The notes under the pieces were generated by a model. It was not told the origin of the DNA and did not search any database. It saw nothing but the letters and a program-made list of their open reading frames with translations. DNA of 64,000 nt from Vicugna vicugna. Its lineage: Eukaryota. A program made the position numbers and the translations under genes. Below, one piece after another: positions 26,328 through 39,245 of this stretch (positions are counted from its first letter, which is position 1; every line of letters begins with the position of its first letter). The DNA lies in contig MU058153.1 of assembly GCA_013265495.1 (NCBI GenBank), forward strand, positions 1,614,001 through 1,678,000, read 5' to 3'.

Positions 26328-26507
26328 CAGGGTTTCTGAATCTTAGCATAACTGACATTTGGATCAGATGAGTTTTTGTTATGGGGCGGTCACATTCATT
26401 GTAGAATGTCAGCAGCAACTTCCTCCGCTAGTTGTGACCATCAAAAACATACAAACACTACAAAGTGTTGTCTGGAGGGTAACATCACCCAGAGTTGAGA
26501 GCCACTG
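26328..26507. mobile_element. MER20-like hAT MITE
   Basis: cagggtttctgaatcttagca..actgacatttgg...agttgtgac...gttgagagccactg with inverted termini. Confidence 0.75.
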
Positions 26508-26735
26508 ATTTAGAGCTTGACAGTTTTTCTAAGTGTTTCTCTCTACTTTATCTCATTCTAACTTCACATGAACCCTAAAAATAGGTGATGTATTTTAGGA
26601 ATGAGAAACAGAAATCTTCGGGAATTAAGTGAATTATGAAGGTAACACAACTACTGAATGGCACTATGAAGACAGCAATTCATGTCTTTTATCTTCAATA
26701 TAGTGTGTTTCTTTTTTCCCCCCAACTCCCTTGGC

Positions 26736-26918
26736 CAGTGGTTTTGCAACCTTGTTGTGCATCAGAACCGAATGGAGGGCTTAATATAGTACTTAATGCC
26801 TGGTCCCATCCCTGAATTATTTGAGTCACAAGGTCTAAATTAGAGCTCAATAATCTGTATTTCCAACTAGCTCTCGGGTGATTCTGATGCTACTTTCCCA
26901 CACTTTGAGACTTGCTAG
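26736..26918. mobile_element. MER5A-like hAT MITE
   Basis: cagtggtttt...tgcatcagaa...ggtgattctgatgc...cacactttgaga. Confidence 0.7.
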
Positions 26919-28409
26919 ACTAGACTCCATTGAAATGTGTCTTGCTTAACATTGTACAGTGAGTCCAATACACTTCCCCAAGGCCCAGTCTCTTCCCTGA
27001 TCGTGAGTAATCTGCAGAATTTGAGTTTCTCTAAGCATGTGTTGAGGATTGTGACAACAGGTGATGAGCTTATGACAACAGGCAATGAGAGTGACTCTGA
27101 ACGCTTTTACTTGGAGGTCCAGAACTTACGTTTACAGTCCATTAGAATGCCTCTCTTGAGATATCTTTTTGCAAAAATAAAAAGTAACAAAAATAAAAAA
27201 TAAAAAAATAAAATTGGATCCCCACTAATTTTGTAGACACTTTGTGGTATAACTTTGGAATAGTTTCTTCAGTTCTCCCATTGATTTTTAATTACTTTAT
27301 GTATAATATAAGGGTTTTTAACATAGATGATCACTTCCAACGTCTATATTCCATTATTACTGTAACATTTTTTAATGCATTTAAACTAAGATGAAAGAAT
27401 CAGTGACATTTCTTATTTTTCTCTTCATGGATATCTGAAAAGCCATGTATTTATATAACAGACTCGGTCAGTAAACTTCAGGTGCTGCCAGTGGGATCTC
27501 AAGACCTTGTACTTTTCCTTATTGTCCAGCTGAGAAATCCAATTTCTCATTTCTTTGTATGAGTATAATCTGCCTGTTATTGTTTTTTCCCAATCTCTCC
27601 TTCAGTATTAAATATCTTCAAATTCTGTTCTAAAGTTCTCACTATATTTCAAAACTTATCCTACTTTTTATATAAATGTGTCAATCAAAAAAAATGTCTA
27701 GAACTAATTACATAGCAACTGGCTAAAGATCAGCAGGTTTTTCTTTTTTCCCTCAGTTGACATAAATGAATGTATAGTTTACCTGAAGAAAATACCATCA
27801 TCCTTTGGCAACAGAAAAACATGATTCTGTCTTTGATCATTTCAACTGGGGAACGTTTTTGTCACCTGTGTATAACACTGGAAACAATTTTGTTGGTCAT
27901 GTAAATCCCCATCAGCCTTTGTGAATCACTTAGCTACAGCAAGCAGAGATTAAATCATTTAAATGAGGAATGCTGTAATGCCAACAAAGGGGAGAGTTCT
28001 CATGGTTTTGTGTTTGCTTTCTCTGTGACTCATAGTCTGTGCTTTATTGTTTTTTTTTTTTTCAGCAAAGACTATATCTGAGCAAGGGGTCTCTGAGCAG
28101 TGAAGTGATAGAAACTGCATTAAGATCATTGCTATAATTTTCCTTAAGATAAATGCAAATTGTTAGCTACTTATCTAAATTATCCCTTATCTCGCTAATG
28201 CAGAAACTGCCACAGTTAGCCATGATGCCTCTCAATTTCAGAAAAGCATTACCTAGGAAAACAGCAGATTGCACAAGTGAGAAAATAGAAAAATGATGAT
28301 AAAATCCTCTATTGTGTTCTCTGCAGCCATTGGAACTGCATTCAGGCAAAATCTTATCACATCAACATTGAGATAAACACAATGCGAGAGCACTGCAGGG
28401 CACTGGGGT

Positions 28410-28620
28410 TGTAGTGCAATGAGGCTGGCTCCCCTGGTCACCCTCGCTTTGCCCAACTACAGGTTGAGTGACCTGGAACAAGTTGTTTGACTTCTCAGTC
28501 TTTTGATATTCACATCTGTAAAATGTAAATAAGAGTAGCTCCTGTCGCATAATGATTGTGTTATATATGAGGAAGCTTTATAGCACCTTGTAAGCCACAT
28601 AATGTAGTCTTAACAAATAT
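28410..28620 (+). mobile_element. MIR SINE
   Basis: Core gtgacctggaacaagtt..gacttctc...catctgtaaaatg. Confidence 0.7.
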
Positions 28621-29609
28621 GTATTTTTATTGCTCAAGCAGTAATCTCTGTTAAATTTGTTTAGCCTGTTTCCTTGTTGTAGAGGAATCATAAGTCATCA
28701 ATGATAAAAATAAACTAATTTGGATTCAAAGTTATATCACTTTTTCAGATAAATTGCTTTTTGTACTAAGATTTAATTTAATTCAACAAGTCTTTCTCAA
28801 ACACATACTGTGTGCCTACCACAAAGCTATACGGATTAAAAAACAAAAAAAACAAAAAGCTGAGGCTATGATGACAAGATTGTTCACTGTGCTTAGGTTT
28901 AAAGAAATATTCTTATCTTTAAAATGGTAATCATAAAATTGCTTTATGTATTTCACAATCATATTGTGGACAGTAATATAAGGTTATTACTCTATTAACT
29001 CATTCAAGATCAGATTTCCAGTTACAAAATAATGGATACTGACATACATAATCATATAATTTAAAGTACAATATCAAAACCAAAGACTCAAATGTAAAAA
29101 GATCATATTGAAAAGGTGTAGACATCATCTCAGAAAATCCACTCAAAAGATATTTTTTAATTATATGACAGACAACATCTGAATACTATATCAAGCTTCG
29201 TCAAAGCTGAGCATCACCTTTGAATAAGGGGGTTACTCAATAGATGAGTAGGTTTTAACATGCCATAAATTATTTTAATGCCAGGCACTACTGATAACTG
29301 ACAAAAGATATCAGAAAGGAAGAACTGGGCAGTAAGAATGTGTCACTGGGTCTCGACATCACTCAGGAACACAGGGCTTGATTTTAGTAACCGATGTCAA
29401 TTTTTTCTCAGATTCTCATACTCAAGTGCTTTCGTTGGTTGCTGTTGTAGAGCTAAGAGGTAACGTATAAAAGGTGTATGATATTAGATGAGGAAAGGGT
29501 ACATTTCCTCTCTACAATTACTGAAATTTAAAAATATTCAACATCATGTGGGTCAAACAGAATGCTTTCAATGGCGAGACTGGATTCTTTGGCTGAAGAA
29601 TAGAGACAG

Positions 29610-31915
29610 TGGAAGATGGAGGAGAAGGAAGCACCAGGATCTGTCTCCCCACCTGGCCAACAATTGCACTGGCAGAATCTCTCTGCAGTCTATGGAAGTC
29701 TTGTAATTTCCAGGGGAAGGCTTGGATGGTAAATTGTGGTTAATTTGGTCAATTACATTTTGACCAAAAGAAAGAATCAGAAAACTTGAAGACAGGACAA
29801 TGGAGATGACCAAGTCTGAGGAGCAGAAAGAGAAACTAGATTAAAGAAAAGTGACCAGAGCCTAAGGGACATGTGGGATGCCTTCAAATAGATACGCACA
29901 TTGTGGAAGTCCCAGGAGGAGAATAGAAAGAGAGGGACAGTAATAGTATTTGGAAACAAATAATAGCTTAAAGCTTTCCCAATTTGATGAGAGAGATGAA
30001 TAAAAGCATCCAAGGTCAACAAACCACAAGTAGGATGAACTCAAAGAGACCCACACTGAGACATATTATAATCAAAGGTTGAAATACCAAAAACAGAGAA
30101 TCTTGAAGGCAGTAAGAGAGAAATGACTTATCACAATCAAAGGCTCCTCAAGATTATCAAATTTCTCACAGAAAATTTGAGGGCCAGAAGACAGTGGACT
30201 AATATACCCAAAGTGCTAAAAGAAGAAAAAAAGTCCTGTTAGGCAAAACTGTCCTTCAAAAATGAGGGAGAAATTAAGACATTCCCAGATAAATAAAAGC
30301 TGTTTGAGTTCTTTACCTCTAGACTTGTCCTGCAAGAAATGCTCAAGGGGGTCCTGCAGGATGAAATGAAAGGACCCTGGACCATAATTGGAAGAAGTAT
30401 GAAGAAATAAAGATCGCAATAAAGTCAATGCATAGACTATAATCAAATATAATATTATTGCAACAACAGTTTATAATGCTCACTTTTTGTTTTCCACATG
30501 ATTTAAAAGACTTAACACATTAAAAACAAAGCAATTATTAGTCTAAAACCTAGGTGTTATTATAACTTTGGTTTGTAACTCAACATGTTGCTTGCTACAT
30601 AATTTAAGAGAATTATTAGTTTATGTTTTTGAGTATAAAGGTATAAAGATGTAATTTTGTGACATTAACAACCAAAAGGGGTGGGAATGGAGCTATTAAG
30701 TACCAGAGTTTTTGTAGGTTATTGAAGTTAAGCAGGTCTAAATGCAAATTGGAGTGTTACAATTTTGGGATGTTAAATGTAATTATTGTGGCAAACAAAG
30801 AAAAGAGCTATAGGATATATACAAAGTGATATGAGAAAGAAATAAACATTTCCCTACAAAGAATTAACTACACATAAAAAACACTAATGCAGGAAATAAG
30901 GTACAGAAAAGCTATAAGCATATGTTTTTTGTTCCTCATTTCCGGCATCACTGTCTCATTTTGTGTTAATCCCTCCTTATCAGTTATTATGTTAAATGTA
31001 GATAGATTAAACTCTCCAATCAAAAGATGAAGATTAAAAGAATGAATAAAAACACAGGATCCAACTATATGCTGTCTACAAGAGACTCGTACATAGAACT
31101 TGTACAGATATTGCTCCAGAAGACACACAAATGGCCAATAGGCCCATGAAAAGATGCTCGGCATTAATGATCTTTAGAGAAAGGCAAATCAGAACTACAG
31201 TGAGATACCGCCTCACAGCATTAGGATGGCTACTATCAAAAACCCTCAGAAAATAACAAGTGTTCACAGGGATATATAGAAATTGGAATCCTGGTGCATT
31301 GTTGAGGCTGTAAAATGGTACAGCCACTGTGGAAAACATTGCTGTCATTCCTCAACAAATTAAAAATAGAATTACCACGTGATGCAGCCATTCTGCTTCT
31401 GATTATATACCCAAACAATCGAAAGAGATCTTTATATACTCATGTTTGTTACAACGTTACTTACAGTAGCCAAAACGTGCAAGGAACCCAAGTGCCCATT
31501 GATAGATGAATAGATAAAAAATAGTATACACATACAATGGAATATTATTCCTCCTTAAAAGGAAAATAATTCCTCAATATGCTACAACATGGGTGGACCT
31601 TGAGGACATAATACTAAGTGAAATAAGCCAGTCACAAAAAGACAATTATTGTATAATTCCATTTATATGAGGTACTTAGTCAAAACTATAGAGACAGAAA
31701 GTGGAATGATGGTTGCTGGGGCTCAAGGGAGGGACGGCGAGTCACTGTTTAATGGGTATAAAGTGTTAGTTTTACAAGAAGAGAAGAGTTATGGAGATGG
31801 ATGGTGACGATAGTTGCACAGCATTACGAATTTTCTTAATATCACTAAACTTTAAACTCTAAAATGATTAGGATGGTAAATTTTACATTGTGAGTATTCT
31901 ACCACAATAAAAAAT
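29610..31915 (+). mobile_element. Old LINE-1 (L1MB-like) retaining 5' end, ORF1 part, ORF2 start, ORF2 end and 3' UTR, with large internal deletions
   Basis: 5' aagatggagga..; ORF1 remnants ~29770-30400; ORF2 endonuclease start ~30980-31088 joined to the ORF2 C-terminal region from ~31096; L1MB-type 3' UTR ending accacaataaaaaatt. Confidence 0.8.
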
Positions 31916-32467
31916 TGGGGAAAATTATGGACACTGAGATTAAAATCCCAGACATATGCGTAGAGCAGGAAAGAGCATATAGATTTAGACCCACAGGTTA
32001 TATGGGACACACAGTTTATGAGAAATCATAATTTTCCTTCCTGAGAGTTTACGGTAAAAATCTTTCAATATTTGGTCCAGTTATTTCATTTTATTTTCCA
32101 GGTTACACCAAGGCAGTTCATCTATTGTTGGTCTATATATTGGACTTGGATATTATTTCAATAAAGTGTTTTGCTGCTAAAATATTTTAAGAACCACTGT
32201 TTTAAAGCAAACACATTTCAAGATGCAAATGGTTATTATTATCCCTTGCTTTTTTCCTTTAACTGCTTCACATTCTTCTTCTTTTTTCTCTTTAACAGAT
32301 TCGATTCTTAATCTTAAAAAGCAACCTCAAAATTACCTGGCTATGAAGGCTGTTTCTCAGCTCCTCCTGAGTCTTCTTAGCTTCAGGCTAGGTTGTGATC
32401 CAAGGCCATCTTCCAAGTTCACTTTGGGCACGTTACTCAAGGTCATTATTTCTATGACCACCATTTG

Positions 32468-32581
32468 TTTTCTTCTGGGGGAAGGCAATTAGGGTTTATT
32501 TGTTAATAGAGGACCTGGGGATTGAACCCAGGACCTTGGGCATGCTGAGCATGCCCTCTACCACTGAGCTATACCCATCCC
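32468..32581 (-). mobile_element. tRNA-derived SINE (Vic-1-like)
   Basis: ggggattgaacccaggacc...ctctaccactgagctataccc; flanking ccatttg repeat. Confidence 0.88.
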
Positions 32582-33147
32582 AATGGCCATTTGAATAGCT
32601 TGATTCTGGAGCCATTTTTTCAAGCATCTCAGTTTCTCTCTCACACCATTTCTTCTTATCTTTTAGAGGATGGCTTATAGGAAGAGAAGACAAGCTAATT
32701 ATATTTTCCTAAAATTAGATCTCTATCCCAGACAAAGGAAATCTATTGTTTCTTCAATGGGGAGTGGGGTTAGGTGACAGGGTGTAGGGAATGGCACTGC
32801 TCCTGTCACTTCACTGCTCTGGTGGACTGGGGCTGCTGCCTTTCCCTAACAATTTATTCTCTATCATTTATGGATTTGTCCTCAACAATCCTGTTAGGAG
32901 CAACATTCCTTGACGTCAGGGATTTTGCCTGTTTCATTTTGGGGTTACCTTCCTTTCACCAACATGACTGAAGACTAGTAAATTTCAAAAAGAAGACATT
33001 TAAAAATATTTACGGGAAAGCATAAAGAAATGAAAGTGCATCATGAAAGGATCTAAGGAGATTAACTTTATCTGTGATTAAAACTAATATTGTAATTACT
33101 CTGCAAGTAGGTGTGTATGTGATATTTGAATAATGCCTAGCTGGTCT

Positions 33148-33176
33148 ACACACACACACACACACATGCACACACA
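33148..33176. repeat. (CA)n microsatellite
   Basis: Seen directly. Confidence 0.9.
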
Positions 33177-35546
33177 GTATGTGAAGATAAAGCTTTGCAT
33201 GGGTCCATGTTTTCTGTCACTGTGACCTCTGTATCTGAGAACATATTTTACATGAATAAACTAATTTATACTAAACTCATTTTTTTTTGGTATTACAATA
33301 TATGTAGCATTGGAAGGAATTAACTATGTCTATTGAGAAGCAACTTTTGTCTAACTTTGCCATGTTGCTCACTGACTTGTCGTTATTTGACTATAAATTA
33401 ATTCACTTTGGCACTGAATCTCTGTACATATTTATGACTTAAGACATCAGGCAAAACTTCAGAGTGGGGGTAGAGAAGGGCACTTATAATTTGAGACTCA
33501 TAAAGAAATGGTTTTATGAGGACAGTAATACCTTGGATGGGTTTTGAACAAATTTATTGCCTTCTCCTGGAAGAGCTTAATGTAAGAGTTATAAAAGATG
33601 CCCAAGTGCAGGGCCATCACTCATTCGCGAAAAGAAGACTGAATGGATAAATAAACGGTCAATGATTTGTTTTATGCCCACAGTAGCTTAACCACAACCC
33701 TTTATAATATTTTAGCACAAAGATATTTATGAAGAGGCATTAATATCTCAGCACATACCTTGATGGCAGTGCTGAAATGCCTGTAATATATTTTCAAACT
33801 ATTTTTATTTGGAAATAACAAATTATTGATTAACATTTGTAGTCAAATCTACTTTATCTTGAAATAAGAATGAGTTTAAGAACATAACATCAATTTTAAT
33901 CGATTATCAGACTGACACATTTTTAAATGACTGTAATTGATGGTGAATATATTCACAAATTGTTTACCCTAAGAAACAAAGAAGAATCATTGTTCTCTAA
34001 GATGATAAAATAGTTCATTTTTTTTCAACATAACTGAAATTCAACTACCATAATACTTAGTGGCCATGACTATATGCAGATTATAACTGCATATAACTGA
34101 TTTAAGTTAATTCCTCAGGTAATTTAAGTTTTAGAAACATTCAATTTCATGAAATGCTTCTGTATAGTAACTTGAACAGAGCCACAGTATAACAAACAAT
34201 GAATATATATGTGTTATTTTTGTCTATGTGTCACCAAACAACTGGCTATCAGTTTTTTTGTTTCAATAGTCCTTTAAGGATGATTTAGAAGTAAACATAA
34301 CAGCATAGAGACACCATGTTTTGTGTAATATGATCTGAGGTTTTTTTTCCTAACGTGATGTAAGTTTTCTTAATACGATCTTAAACAACTCCTCAATTTT
34401 TTTGGAAAAAAAAAACTCAGCTATACGAGGACAAACTAATTTAATCCTATTTTCTTAAACTCTCATGTCTGATGTTCCCTGAAAGCCAAAAAAAAAAATG
34501 ATGTGAAGGAAATTGTGCTGTGTGAAATATCTGGTGTAATTTATGACTATGTTATTGAACACAGAATAAACTTAAGCAACTCTACTTACTACCAAGGTGA
34601 CTAACAACGGGAAATCAAATACTGTTATTGGATAGTAGAAGCATACAGCGGTCCCTTTGTCCTTGGCTTGTTCATCTCTGTATTTTCTCTACACTATCTA
34701 AGTGGACAACAAAAGAAGGTTTTAGAGTTGAATTAGTTACCAGCACTATGAAATGCCATAATTATTCCAGGAAAGCAGCAGAATTATTATAAGCAATAGT
34801 TAACGTGTTTATGAAATGGGCCAAACTATCTGAGGGTTTTTCTAATGTCTTATTTGGCCAGGAAGAGTTTCTTTAATTACCATCCAAAGAATTACTTTCC
34901 TGCCATGGTTTTATGAGTCTGCTAGCTCAATCCCCATTTAAAAGATAATAAAGTAAGAGAGATGAGATCTAGATTCCTCCCCCTTCCCAAGGATATGCAA
35001 CAGATAAATCTTGAATTTAGGCTTGAATTTAGGTTTATTGACACCCTCTGACGCCTATTATTCTAAATTATGGTTAACAAAAATGGATGTAGCAATGCTT
35101 TGTACTTAGCCATATATTTATTTCTGATATTTCCAAGTAATACATAATTATACTGCTACCACATTGAATGACAAGGAATCTAAAGCAGTTTAGATCTTAC
35201 TCTGGAATTCATCAAACTCAGAAGTTCTGAAACCAGTCATGAGTTTAAAGCTGTACTCTGACACTAAGGTGCCTTTTTACTGTTTATTTATCTGCCTCCT
35301 TTATAGTCGAGGATACAGGAGGGTAGGGACTCAACCTGGTTCACTCACCACTGTATCCTAAACAATTCACCAGGATAGGTGCATAGTAGATGCTAAATAA
35401 GTATTAGTTGATCAAATAAATGAACTCGAGGGGAGAAAAATATATGCTGAATTTCATTAAACAAATATGTTGTAAAAAATAAGAAGAAATTCAAGGGAAA
35501 GAAATCAACAGTCCCCCAAAGGTCCCCGTTTAACTTTGTGCCCAGC

Positions 35547-36950
35547 ATTATTTAATACATATTGTATATTTTTAGGTTCTACAATGTGATGTTTTGATAT
35601 ATGTTTACACCATAAAATAGTTACCACAATCAACCTAATTAACATATTTATCACCTCACATAGTTGCTCCCCTTTCCGTTTGTAGTGAAAACCCTCAGTA
35701 AATTTCAAATATACGATACATTATTCATGACTCTAACCACCACACTATACATTAGGTCTACAGAACTCATTCCTGTTATAACTGAAAGTGTATACTATTT
35801 GATCAATATATCCCCTTTTCCTCCAACCTCCCAGTCCCTGGGATGTATCATTCTACTCCCTGGTACTATGCGTTTGGCTTTTTTCATCTTCCACATAAAG
35901 CGAGATCACGCAATATGTGTCTTTCTGTGTCTGGCTTATTTTGCTTAGACTCAGATCCTCCGGGTTCATCCACATTGCTGCAAATGGCAGGATCTCCTTC
36001 TTTGTTAAGGATGAATACTATTCCATTACATACAAAGATATATGTATATGTAAAATTTCACTTGTCAGTGGGCACTTAAGTTGTTTCCATCTCTTGACTC
36101 TTGTGAATCATGCTGTCATAAACACGGGGGTGTATACATCTCTTTAAGATAATGATTTTATTTTCTTTGTTTATATACCCAGAAGTGAGATGGCTGGGCC
36201 ATATGGAAGTTCTTTTGATTTTTGATGGTAGCCTTCATAGCAGGTATGAAGTGGAATCTCATTGTGGTTTTGATTTGCATTTCTCTGATGATTAGTGATG
36301 TTGAACATCTTTTTATATATTTGTTGGCCATTTGCATGACTTCTTTTGAAAAATACCTCTTCAGGTCCTTACCCTATTTTTAATTGGGTTACAATTATTA
36401 TTATCATCATTTGCTATTGAATTGTACGAGTTTCTTAGACAGCTATAGTAATCAAAACTGTATGGTACTGACATGAAAATGAACACATACACTCATGAAA
36501 CAGAATACAGAGCCCAGAAGTAAACACACATATATGAGGTCAACTAATCTTCAACAGAAGTGCCAAGAATACACAATGAAGAAAGGATAGTTTATTGAAT
36601 AAGTGATGCTGGGAAAACTGGATATCCACATGCAGAAGAATAAAATTGGCCTTTACCTTATACTATATACAAAAATCAATTTGAAGTGGATTAAACATAT
36701 GATCTGAAGCTGTACAACTCCTAGAAGAAAACATAAGGGAAAATCTCCTTGACATTGGTCTTTGCTATTTTTGGTGGGGGGGGGGAGGTTGACAACAAAC
36801 ACTTAGGCACAAAAGTGAAAATAAACAAGTGGGACTATATCAAACTAAAAAAGTTTGTAGAGAGTAAAGGAAGCAATCAGCAAAATGAAAAGGCAACCTC
36901 TGGAATGGGAAAAAATGTTTACAAACCATATATCCTATAAAGGGTTACTA
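35547..36950 (-). mobile_element. Old LINE-1 (L1MA-like) with 5' inversion (twin priming)
   Basis: 35547-~36438 is antisense 3' UTR plus ORF2 end. ~36440-36950 is the upstream ORF2 segment in the opposite orientation. Flanking repeat cccagc..ttatttaat at 35541 and 36951. Confidence 0.82.
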
Positions 36951-38089
36951 CCCAGCTTGACTTATTTAATTAGTTATTTTTGTGATGTTGGCAATGTCCT
37001 AAAGATTCCAGTAAAATGAAACAACTCAGCAATCGAACCCAGTGAACTGTTGGGCAAAATAAAATTGGCAAATATATGAGCAGATGCATTTTGGCAAAGA
37101 ACACTGCAATAACAAAGTTGCGCTGATCATTTGAGCATTGGGTTATTAATAAAGTTCTCCAGGCAATTATACTGTTCTCTTCCTGTGCATATCTCCTAAA
37201 GCACAAGGTATAATTTTTTGTCTCTGGAATTAACATCCTACCGTTTGATTTACAAGATCTGTTCCCTGTCTCCACTGATAAATATGAGTCATCAACAAAT
37301 GTACACTGCTATTGCGTTGCATTAAATATGTGCAATTTAGATCCCTTGGCTATTGAATTTAGTATAGACATCAGAAAGTAATTCGAATTTAGAAGCCAAC
37401 TCCTTGAATGGAATTGTAATAGCCTAGAGCTAATATCCTGCAGCTCATCAATGGTGACTGTCTTTATTAATTTCCAAATTTTTGTATTAAGATTCAAATT
37501 TTCAAACTTATATGACTCACAGTATCAATAAATCTGGAGAGATATTTCTCTAGCATATATTTTCTAGGCTTACCTAGCTTCAGATAGACTCAAATGTTTA
37601 ACAGTTTTACATCATATTCTACCACAATTCCAGTTCAGCCATTAACTAGTGGGGGAGCAACTTGAAATCTTCCATATTGTAAAGTCATTTAGGATGTGGT
37701 TCTTAAGCTTGTATTTTATATTCATTAAGCTGTTTTAACAACAGTCACAAAAAAGGATTGTCAGGAGATTAAATTGCCTAATTATGAAATATTTATTCTG
37801 AGATATTCAGTGGCTTTGTATCTAATTATGATGTCTTTTGATGAAGAATCAATTACTAATGCTAAATAAATAATTGTGCCCAGGTAGCAGAAAGTTAATA
37901 GAACCAAGTTTACACCCAGCTTTGCTACTGTTGGTTTTCTTAGGTCTTGAGCCTGTTTTTGCAAAAAAATCACAACAATTTCTAAGGAGTCTGATATTAC
38001 TATTATTATTATTAAATTAAATGACTTCGATATTTCTCATTGGTTATTAGCTTGCTTTTCTGTCTCTCAAGTGAATAGATTGCTATAGA

Positions 38090-39245
38090 TTTCTGGTGAG
38101 CACATTGAACTGAGTATATCTTGTACTCAGTTCATCGTATTTCCTGGGAGTCTCCATGAAAATCTGTTCAATCTGCTCCTTTCCTACTCTTCATCTTGGT
38201 TAATGTCAACACCACGCATCTGCTTTTCCAAAGCTAGAATCTCGAAGTTATCCTGAATATTTCCTTCTGCTTTACCATTGAGTTCTCATTCGTTACTAAA
38301 TATTATTGCTTTTCTTTCTCCAATATCACTCACATCCATCCATTCTCCATTTCTACTGCCTTACCGTGGGTGGGTAATATCTCATTGAAGGATTACTGCA
38401 ATGCTCTTGCTCACTTTTTCTTCTTCTTTTCCTCACCCCTAGCCTATCCTTCATGTCTTGTGGCAGTGACCATGCTGTGTGTCCTTCCACTGTTTCTTCT
38501 TTCCGGGCACACAGGTAGGTAGACTGGGGCCAAAACAACCAGTCTGGTCAATGGAACGTGGCCAGAAGTGAATTAGGCTTAGTCCTTAAAGACGCATTTT
38601 GCCTTAGCTTATACTCATTCTCCTCTCCTTCTTGGGGATCTTGGAAGCTTCACGGTCCTGATGGCAAAGCTATGATGGGCAAAGCACAGAGGCAGTGTAG
38701 CCAATGCATTCCTGCTTAATGTGTTTTCTCTAATACACACTTACTCATAGTTTTACAATACCGATGGCTCCCCATTATCAGTAGGATAAGAACTAAATTT
38801 CTTCTTTTGAATCGTAACTTCCTTTAAAACTATGGCCCTGATTTACTTTTCTGTTCTGTTTTTTCCTGCTTTGCGTTCTGTAATCCATGAACTTCTTTCC
38901 CAAGTACACTTCTCTCTGCCTTTGCATGAGTTATTCTTTCTATCTGAACTGCCCTTGCCTCTTCTGTCCTATTCAGACTCAAGACTTAGCTCAAAGGAGG
39001 CTAGATATTCTGGGCAAAGTCATAGACTTTTTTCTTGGGGTTTACACATTTGTCTTCTCTTCCCTTTGTTCAGCCCTGGACGTATCGTCTCAGTGTGATC
39101 TGCTGAAATACTTATTTTCCCCTTTTGACTATTAGTTGTCTGAGGCCAGAGACTGTATGCTTTCTTTTCTCATTCCAAAGTGCCTTGCCCACTGGCTGGC
39201 ATGCAGTTGGCATTTAATATGTATTTGTTGAATGAATGTCGAATG
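38090..39245 (+). mobile_element. L2 fragments interrupted by an MLT1-type piece (~38460-38700)
   Basis: L2 motifs (atccatccattctccatttctactgcc; tgcagttggcatttaatatgtatttgttgaatgaatg tail); MLT1 motif ggtcaatggaacgtggccagaagtga. Confidence 0.55.

Noticed and set aside
28040..28140. Strong poly-T/CAG acceptor followed by a short ORF (QRLYLSKGSLSSEVIETALRSLL*)
   Set aside because: No donor or recognisable protein; poly-T runs ending in CAG are common.
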